Assembly: GCA_964390475.1 (NCBI GenBank)
Contig: CAYMIB010000001.1
Span: forward strand, 1-60,059
DNA: 60,059 nucleotides
Reading direction: 5' to 3'
DNA from: an uncultured Candidatus Saccharibacteria bacterium
GTDB taxonomy: Bacteria > Patescibacteriota > Minisyncoccia > Phycocordibacterales > DATGWK01
Shown here: positions 53,667-60,059 of the stretch, piece by piece
How positions within the stretch are numbered: the first letter of the stretch is position 1
Layout: the number at the start of each line of letters is the position of its first letter
Position numbers and translations under genes: made by a program
Notes under the pieces: generated by a model
Told to the model about the DNA's origin: nothing
Databases searched by the model: none
Seen by the model: the letters and a program-made list of their open reading frames with translations, nothing else

Positions 53667-54482
53667 ATGGGAGACAAGAGATTTACCGATCAGGGCAGGC
53701 AGTTGGTAGCTCAAGCCCAAGTAGAGGCAATAAAAAGGTGTCACGAGTACATCGGTACAGAGCATTTGCTGTTGGCGATGCTTGCCGATGGTCTTCCAGG
53801 GGTGTCTGTTGGAGTTAGGGTGTTACAGAAATTAGGGTGTGATTCTGAGAAACTTCGTCAAAAAATTGATGAAAGGATTAAACCAGGAATTCCCCCCGAA
53901 AATACAATAGGAAGATTACCTCTAACTCCTCGGGCCAAAATGATCTTTGAGTTTGCCATCTGGGAGGCTGAAGCGATGAAGCATGATTATGTTGGTACCG
54001 GCCACATGCTTATCGGTCTCATCAGAGAGAAAGACGGTGTTGCTGGGTCAGTACTGATTAGTTCTGGTTGTGTCTATGAGGTAGTCGTGAAAGAAGTCAA
54101 AGAAATGCTCCAGGATGGTGATGGAGCTGGTGGGGAAACTTTCCTTGTCCAGGCAAGTTTTAGGCCGGGTCCACAGATATCTGCTCCGGCGCCCTCCACT
54201 TCTATCCCTTCACCCGCCGCTACGAAAATCGGTACCACGATCACTATCGAGCGCTGCCGGGTAGAACTCGAGCCGCACATTGATGTGTTTCATGTCTCTG
54301 TGGTGCAAAATGGTGGTTCGTGGGACGAGACCTTTGGCTCCGAGGAGCTGCTGCGAGCGTTCCTCCGTGGGGTTCAGGCCGGAAGAGGGGGTATGGATTA
54401 TGTTCCTATGCCAGAAATCCCGCGTGGTACCCAAGTAGTGCTAACAGTTTCTCAGCGCGCTTCTGATCCTTCTGGTAGTTAG
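53667..54482 (+). CDS. Stand-alone Clp_N (double Clp repeat) domain protein with unknown C-terminal half
   Basis: HEYIGTEHLLLAML...LTPRAKMIFEFAIWEAEAMKHDYVGTGHMLIGLIRE. ATG preceded by AAAGGAG. Confidence 0.65.
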   Translation: MGDKRFTDQGRQLVAQAQVEAIKRCHEYIGTEHLLLAMLADGLPGVSVGVRVLQKLGCDSEKLRQKIDERIKPGIPPENTIGRLPLTPRAKMIFEFAIWEAEAMKHDYVGTGHMLIGLIREKDGVAGSVLISSGCVYEVVVKEVKEMLQDGDGAGGETFLVQASFRPGPQISAPAPSTSIPSPAATKIGTTITIERCRVELEPHIDVFHVSVVQNGGSWDETFGSEELLRAFLRGVQAGRGGMDYVPMPEIPRGTQVVLTVSQRASDPSGS

Positions 54483-54490
54483 CATATTTA

Positions 54491-54516
54491 ACCCGCACTC
54501 GGAGTGCGGGTTTTCT
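54491..54516 (+). terminator. Intrinsic terminator
   Basis: ACCCGCACTcggAGTGCGGGT followed by TTTTC. Confidence 0.75.
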
Positions 54517-54525
54517 TGTGTGGAA

Positions 54526-54554
54526 TTGACACTCCAGCGCCGGAAGATTACTCT
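54526..54554 (+). promoter_or_regulatory. Sigma70-type promoter TTGACA-17-TACTCT overlapped by an 8-bp-stem hairpin
   Basis: The CCGGAAGAttacTCTTCCGG hairpin spans the -10 region. Confidence 0.45.
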
Positions 54555-54603
54555 TCCGGGTAGAAATGCGGTTTTTTCTCGATCTTTAAAAGAAAGGGGC
54601 AGC

Positions 54604-55098
54604 GTGGCAAAAAGACAAAGACATAAAAACGGATTATTCGAGCAATTATTGAGAATGCAAAGACTAAGGAGGGCAAGCCTTTTTCGTCGCCTCGAGTCAC
54701 TTCCACCGAACCGTCGCCAGCCGCTCATAGTTGACCGTACTCTCTATCTCAAAGAGTTTGATCCAGAGAAGGTCCACTGGATCAGAATGTTCTTGGATGG
54801 GAAGGCTTGTGATCTGTATTTTGACGTCAGAGGCAAAACCCCTGAAGAGATCATCGACTCATGTCTGAAAATCGTTTTGCTCCTGGATGATGTCGGCGGA
54901 CTCGTTGAGCCGCTTGTTGTTGGTCCGGTGGGTAGACTTGATCCGAAGGTTGAAGCAGTATTTGCTCGGGAAGTTATCGGTATTACAACTTTTAGCTTCA
55001 AAGAATACTGCGCTGACCTAGAGGAAGATCGTCTTTTTGTTAGAGGGATGACGGAGCGAAATCCGCCAATCAAGAAGAGAAAAAGGAAAAAGCGTTAA
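54604..55098 (+). CDS. Hypothetical protein with basic termini
   Basis: GC-rich ORF. Start uncertain: GTG 54604 after AAAGGGG, or ATG 54655. C-terminal KKRKRKKR. Confidence 0.4.
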   Translation: MAKRQRHKNGLFEQLLRMQRLRRASLFRRLESLPPNRRQPLIVDRTLYLKEFDPEKVHWIRMFLDGKACDLYFDVRGKTPEEIIDSCLKIVLLLDDVGGLVEPLVVGPVGRLDPKVEAVFAREVIGITTFSFKEYCADLEEDRLFVRGMTERNPPIKKRKRKKR

Positions 55099-55229
55099 TA
55101 AAAAGCCCTGGCATTAGTGCGGGGCTTTTCAATTGACATTTTTCAAATCTAATATATAAATTTCATCAGAACGTTACAAAACTGCTCGGTTTCAGTTGGT
55201 TGAGCACATCGTATACAAAGGAGTGAACG

Positions 55230-55751
55230 ATGCCAGGACGTGTATTTACTAATCAGGCTCAGAAAGTTCTCGACGATGCAAGAGACCGCGCACGATACAA
55301 CCACAACGCCGAATCTGTGCAGGTGCCGCATTTTCTGTGGGATCTCACCCATGCCAATGATTCTGTCGCAGTACGAGTTATGTGTGGTCTCGGCTGTAAC
55401 CTTGTTTCGATACGGAAGAACCTTGGGCAGTTGATGGAGACCAGAGATGGCGTGTCACCAAGAGGAAGATTGCCAGTATCAGGTCTTCTTGATGAGATCA
55501 TTCAACTCGCCGCCCGTGAAGCTCGTGCTTCGGGTTGTAATGAGATCGACACTCATCACTTACTCATTGCCCTTGTCGTTTTGAAGGGTACAGACCCGAT
55601 TGTGAGCGATGTCTTGTCTCGGTATGATAATCTTGCACCAGAAAATGTGAGAACTGAGATCAAGAAGGTCCTTGCTCAGACATCAACCGCTCTACCCAGT
55701 CAAACCAAGAGGGAAAAGCCGAAAAAGCAGAAAAAGAAAACTGTTTCGTAA
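55230..55751 (+). CDS. Stand-alone Clp_N-like domain protein
   Basis: FTNQAQKVLDDAR...VPHFLWDL...LLDEIIQLAAREARASGCNEIDTHHLLIALV. AAAGGAG RBS. Confidence 0.55.
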   Translation: MPGRVFTNQAQKVLDDARDRARYNHNAESVQVPHFLWDLTHANDSVAVRVMCGLGCNLVSIRKNLGQLMETRDGVSPRGRLPVSGLLDEIIQLAAREARASGCNEIDTHHLLIALVVLKGTDPIVSDVLSRYDNLAPENVRTEIKKVLAQTSTALPSQTKREKPKKQKKKTVS

Positions 55752-55767
55752 ACGAGCAAGCCCCCGA

Positions 55768-55793
55768 ACCCGCACTGTATGCGGGTTTTTTCT
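55768..55793 (+). terminator. Intrinsic terminator
   Basis: ACCCGCActgtaTGCGGGT followed by TTTTTTC. Lies inside the 5' extension of track ORF 55779, which supports 55821 as the true start of the next gene. Confidence 0.75.
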
Positions 55794-55820
55794 TTGCCAC
55801 TTTTCTGCTACACTCCCGAC

Positions 55821-57089
55821 ATGAATTTCAAAAAGACCACTCTCAAAAATGGCCTCAGGATTATCACCGTGCCAATGAAAGATACGCCGACTGCGACCGT
55901 GCTCGTACTTGTTGAAGCTGGCTCGAAATACGAAACCAAAAACATAAATGGCATTTCGCATTTTCTTGAACATATGTGTTTTAAGGGCACGACTCGTCGA
56001 CCGAAACCTTCTGACATTAGTCGCGAGCTCGACTCTCTTGGTTCTCAATACAACGCTTTTACTTCCCAGGAATTCACTGGCTACTACGCCAAAGCTCAGG
56101 CCAAAAAGTTGCCTCAGCTCATCGACATTATTGCTGACATGTATTTGAATCCGGTTTTTGACCAAGTAGAAATAGAAAAAGAAAAAGGGGTGATAGTGGA
56201 GGAGATAAATATGTACGAGGATATGCCGCATCGTCACATTCATGAAATTTTTGATCATCTTCTTTATGGTGACCAGCCAGCTGGATGGGAGGTTGCCGGT
56301 ACTCGAGAAAATGTTCGGGCGATGACTAAAAATCATTTTGTAAATTATCGTAACGACCACTATGTTGCCAAAAGCACGATTGTCGTTGTCGCCGGAAACA
56401 TAAAGGAGTCGGTAGTTCATAAACAAATTCTGAAGGCTTTTGAAAAAATCAGCACGACAAAAAAGGCCGGTAAGGAAAAAGTGAAAGAGATGCAAACTAT
56501 GCCGGCTTTTATTGTTCAGGAAAAGAAAACCGACCAAATGCATTTGGTTTTAGGTGTAAGGACCTTTGATATTTTTAATAAAAAATTGCCAGTGTTGAAA
56601 GTGTTAGCTACCGTTCTTGGCGGGGGAATGAGCTCCCGGCTTTTTCAAAAAATGCGCGATGAAATGGGAGTCTGTTACTACGTCCGGGCTGGTTCTGATG
56701 AATTTACCGACCACGGAGTCTTCTCGATCTCGGCTGGGGTAGATAAAAATCGTCTCATTGAATCTGTTGAAGCGATTTTGTCGGAGTGTCGCCGACTGAT
56801 GAACGAACTAGTCTCGCCAGAAGAACTGCGAAAGGTTAAAGACTATATCGGCGGTAACGTCTTTCTAGGACTTGAATCGTCGGACTCAGTGGCCGAGTTT
56901 TTGGGTATGCAGGAAGTTTTGAAGGGAGAAGTCAAAAAGCCACAGGAAATGATTTCTAAGATTGAAAAAGTGACAGCTAAGGATGTTCAAAAACTCGCTC
57001 TTGAAATCTTCAAAAATAAACACCTAAACTTGGCAGTTATCGGTGATGTCAAAGACAAAACTGCCCTAGAAAAAGTTTTAAAATTCTAG
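55821..57089 (+). CDS. M16-family zinc peptidase (pitrilysin-like)
   Basis: GISHFLEHMCFKGT (HxxEH) motif. Confidence 0.85.
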   Translation: MNFKKTTLKNGLRIITVPMKDTPTATVLVLVEAGSKYETKNINGISHFLEHMCFKGTTRRPKPSDISRELDSLGSQYNAFTSQEFTGYYAKAQAKKLPQLIDIIADMYLNPVFDQVEIEKEKGVIVEEINMYEDMPHRHIHEIFDHLLYGDQPAGWEVAGTRENVRAMTKNHFVNYRNDHYVAKSTIVVVAGNIKESVVHKQILKAFEKISTTKKAGKEKVKEMQTMPAFIVQEKKTDQMHLVLGVRTFDIFNKKLPVLKVLATVLGGGMSSRLFQKMRDEMGVCYYVRAGSDEFTDHGVFSISAGVDKNRLIESVEAILSECRRLMNELVSPEELRKVKDYIGGNVFLGLESSDSVAEFLGMQEVLKGEVKKPQEMISKIEKVTAKDVQKLALEIFKNKHLNLAVIGDVKDKTALEKVLKF

Positions 57090-57093
57090 TACT

Positions 57094-58182
57094 ATGGGGT
57101 CAATGGAAGGCCCATTTTCTCATACCAGAATTACCGTCAGCGCCGGCACCATAGCTAAGGTGGTTTTCGTTCTTCTGCTTTTCTGGCTAGCTTTTTACCT
57201 CCGCGACATTCTGCTTGTTATTGTCGCTTCGGTCGTTATCGCTTCTTCTATTGAGCCGATTGTCAAATGGTGTATAGGTAAACGCTTGCCGCGGACCATC
57301 GCAGTTCTCCTTATTTATATTTTTGCAGCAGCGATTTTTGTTGGTACTTTCTATTTCCTAATCGTCCCGCTTTTTGGTGAGTTCCAATCTTTCACTTCAT
57401 CACTACCCAACTATCTTGGAACGCTTTCGACTCTGTCATTTGTCCAGGGTAGCAACTTCTTTGGCTCGTCTGTAACTGGACTCATTAGTAACTTACCAAT
57501 TACTGAAATCGTCGACCGGGTGAACAATCTGATTTCAGCTCTTTCTCAAAATGCCTTTACGACTGCCAGCGTTGTGCTTGGTGGTCTACTCAACTTTATT
57601 TTGATTATTGTTCTATCTTTCTATTTGTCTGTTCAGACTGGAGGCATCACGAATTTTCTAAAAACCATTTCACCGGCTTCCCATCGAAAATATGTTGTTG
57701 AGCTTTGGGGTCGAGCCGAGCAAAAGATCGGCCTTTGGCTACAAGGCCAGTTGCTTTTAGGTGTGATTGTCGGTGTTCTAACTTATCTTGGCCTAACCTT
57801 ACTTGGTGTTCAGCACGCTTTGTTGCTCGGTTTTATCGCCGGCATATTCGAACTCATTCCATTGTTTGGTCCGATCTTGGCTTCGATTCCGGCTATCGTC
57901 TTTTCGTTTAATGCCGGTGGTGTCGGTTCATCTGCTTTGGTTGCTGGTTTCTATCTCATCATTCAACAGTTTGAAAGTCAGCTCATTTACCCGCTTGTCG
58001 TAAAAAAAGTTATAGGTGTGCCTCCGATCATTTCGATTCTGGCTTTGGTTGTTGGTGCAAAACTCGCCGGATTTCTTGGTTTGCTATTGGCAGTGCCAAT
58101 CGCTACCCTGATTATGGAATTTTTCAACGACCTCGAGCGCGATCGTTTTGCGGAAGAAGAAAAAAGCGGAAGATCTGCTTAA
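57094..58182 (+). CDS. AI-2E family transporter (UPF0118/PerM-like)
   Basis: 362 aa, about 8 TM helices, ELIPLFGPILASIPA motif. Confidence 0.75.
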   Translation: MGSMEGPFSHTRITVSAGTIAKVVFVLLLFWLAFYLRDILLVIVASVVIASSIEPIVKWCIGKRLPRTIAVLLIYIFAAAIFVGTFYFLIVPLFGEFQSFTSSLPNYLGTLSTLSFVQGSNFFGSSVTGLISNLPITEIVDRVNNLISALSQNAFTTASVVLGGLLNFILIIVLSFYLSVQTGGITNFLKTISPASHRKYVVELWGRAEQKIGLWLQGQLLLGVIVGVLTYLGLTLLGVQHALLLGFIAGIFELIPLFGPILASIPAIVFSFNAGGVGSSALVAGFYLIIQQFESQLIYPLVVKKVIGVPPIISILALVVGAKLAGFLGLLLAVPIATLIMEFFNDLERDRFAEEEKSGRSA

Positions 58183-58194
58183 ACTCCCGACTTC

Positions 58195-59685
58195 ATGAAG
58201 CCACCTTTTTACATCACCACCACTCTGCCGTATGTGAATTCTGACCCCCACATTGGTCATGCGATGGAGTTTATTCGGGCAGACATCGTCGCTCGCTACA
58301 GAAAACTCATGGGCCACGAAGTTTTTTTTAATACTGGCACCGACGAACACGGCATCAAGATTTATCAAAAGGCAACTGAGGCCGGCCGCGTACCACAGGA
58401 TTACGTCGATGAATATGCTGCAAAATTTCGAGATCTGTTGTTGGCATTAGGTATTAGTTCTGACGTCCATTTCATCCGTACCACTGACGCACAACATGTT
58501 GCGGCAGCTCAGGAATTTTGGAAAATGTGTGACAAAGCAAGGGATATATATAAAAAAGAGTACAAAATAAAATACTGTGTTGGCTGCGAGCTCGAAAAAA
58601 CCGAGTCAGAACTCGTCGACGGTCGCTGCCCGATTCATCCAAGCCGCGAACTCGAGATCATAGAAGAGGAAAATTATTTCTTTAGATTTTCTAAATATCA
58701 GGCACGGCTACTCGAACTTTATGCCAAAACGCCGGATTTTGTCATTCCTTCGTCGCGTCTCGGTGAAATTCGATCTTTTGTTGAGCGCGGCCTCGAGGAC
58801 TTTAGTATTTCACGTCTTGCAAGCAAAATGCCATGGGGAGTGCCAGTGCCGGGCGACAGCGAGCAAGTCATGTATGTTTGGTTCGATGCGCTCGTGAGCT
58901 ACATCTCAACGCTCGGCTGGCCAAAAGACCTGATGACTTTTGAAAAATGGTGGAACGAATCAGGTGGTGTCGTGCAGTATTGTGGCAAAGACAACCTTCG
59001 TCAGCAGGCGGCAATGTGGCAGGCCATGCTCATGTCGGCTGGTCTTGCGCCGTCTCGGCAAATCGTCATCGACGGTTTTATTACTAGTGGCGGCAAAAAA
59101 ATGTCGAAAAGCGAAGGTAATGTCATTGATCCGATCGCTATTGTGAATGAGTACGGCGGAAATGGAACCAATGGAAACAACGGCGCCGAAATTCTTCGCT
59201 ATTACGTTGCTCGCGAACTCCATCCGTTTGAAGACAGCGATTTTACGATGGAAAAATTCAAAGGTGCCTATAATTCTCATCTTGCTAACGGCCTCGGTAA
59301 TCTCGTCAGTCGAATCATGAAAATGGCTTCGGCTAACCTGTCTGGCCCAGTTTCAATTCCTAAAGAATCTGATGCCAATAAAACCGCGCAGGATTTTCCA
59401 GAAAATTTCAAAAAAGCCGTCGAAGGTTTTGATCTTCAAACCGCGACAAACATAATCTGGGAGCATGTCGGAGTGCTCGATGCGACAATCCAAGAAACTG
59501 CACCCTTTAAACTCATCAAAACTGATAAAGAAAAAGCGATTACAACAATCGAGGATTTAGTAACCAAACTTTACGTTGTGGCCAGTATGCTTCAGCCAAT
59601 TATGCCTGAGACTTCAAATAAAATTAAGGAGCTTGTAAAGACCAACACTGCACCTGAGTTGCCGATTTTCCCGCGGCGTGACTAG
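58195..59685 (+). CDS. metG: Methionyl-tRNA synthetase
   Basis: TTLPYVNSDPHIGHAMEF (HIGH), KMSKSEGN, and Zn-knuckle CVGCE...CPIH. Confidence 0.9.
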   Translation: MKPPFYITTTLPYVNSDPHIGHAMEFIRADIVARYRKLMGHEVFFNTGTDEHGIKIYQKATEAGRVPQDYVDEYAAKFRDLLLALGISSDVHFIRTTDAQHVAAAQEFWKMCDKARDIYKKEYKIKYCVGCELEKTESELVDGRCPIHPSRELEIIEEENYFFRFSKYQARLLELYAKTPDFVIPSSRLGEIRSFVERGLEDFSISRLASKMPWGVPVPGDSEQVMYVWFDALVSYISTLGWPKDLMTFEKWWNESGGVVQYCGKDNLRQQAAMWQAMLMSAGLAPSRQIVIDGFITSGGKKMSKSEGNVIDPIAIVNEYGGNGTNGNNGAEILRYYVARELHPFEDSDFTMEKFKGAYNSHLANGLGNLVSRIMKMASANLSGPVSIPKESDANKTAQDFPENFKKAVEGFDLQTATNIIWEHVGVLDATIQETAPFKLIKTDKEKAITTIEDLVTKLYVVASMLQPIMPETSNKIKELVKTNTAPELPIFPRRD

Positions 59686-59699
59686 TGTAATATTCGTAT

Positions 59700-60050
59700 A
59701 TGAATAAAAAAATTGGACCATTTAATCTAGCCTTACGAGCAGCTTTGTTTTTAAGCGTGGCATTTCTTTTATTGGCGATTGCTCGTATGCCTTTTGCATT
59801 TTCATGGGTAGAAACGCCAGGAATCAACAATTTGATGAGAATTATTGGCTCTCCAATTTATTTCTTTTTACCAATAATTGTTGAAAAACTACATCCATAT
59901 ATTGGCGGTGGCGTAATGATCTTCGCGGTATTTTCTCCAATATTCATGTTTGCTGTTTGGTTTGTCGCTTTTTATCTACTATTTTCTATTTGTAATTATT
60001 TAAAAATAATTTTTCAAAAACTATTTACGAAAATTGATCGACAAGAATAG
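59700..60050 (+). CDS. Small hydrophobic membrane protein
   Basis: 116-aa ORF with 3-4 predicted helices, AT-rich. Confidence 0.4.
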   Translation: MNKKIGPFNLALRAALFLSVAFLLLAIARMPFAFSWVETPGINNLMRIIGSPIYFFLPIIVEKLHPYIGGGVMIFAVFSPIFMFAVWFVAFYLLFSICNYLKIIFQKLFTKIDRQE

Positions 60051-60059
60051 TCATTTATG

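Noticed and set aside
1-60059. Alternative genetic code (UGA recoding, as in some CPR lineages)
   Set aside because: All conserved genes (ileS, argS, metG, glyQS, glyA and others) are intact long ORFs under the standard code, with TGA used as a stop.

Overview
The window looks like a chromosomal segment of a small-genome, CPR/Parcubacteria-like bacterium using the standard genetic code. The backbone is housekeeping: ruvX, pilMNO, rluA-family, rplS, secE-nusG-rplK, a dTMP/folate cluster (folA-dcd-thyA-like | dCMP deaminase-glyA-tmk-dut), argS, ileS, recO, glyQS, metG and six tRNAs. Many visibly GC-richer orphan genes are interspersed, each with its own TTGACA-17-TATNNT promoter and intrinsic terminator.

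The left ~10 kb, ending at tRNA-Ser, is a compositional mosaic. It holds low-GC glycosyltransferases, a short RuBisCO-like protein, methyltransferases and an FMN-dependent oxidase, partitioned by five copies of a ~40-bp repeat.

Main hunt results:
1. A textbook type III hammerhead ribozyme lies between two orphan genes (18565-18613).
2. The 40-bp repeat family delimits the gene modules of the mosaic island.
3. The ThyA homolog carries Asp at the Asn177 pyrimidine-specificity position and sits in a T4-like nucleotide-precursor gene set.
4. IleRS carries an inserted histidine-phosphatase domain with all catalytic motifs present.
5. An AAA-CYTH fusion gene sits where rplA normally follows rplK.
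6. There are stand-alone Clp_N proteins and DUF1444 paralogs.

No CRISPR array, transposase, integrase or reverse transcriptase was recognised. All calls come from reading the sequence and ORF translations by eye. No searches were run.
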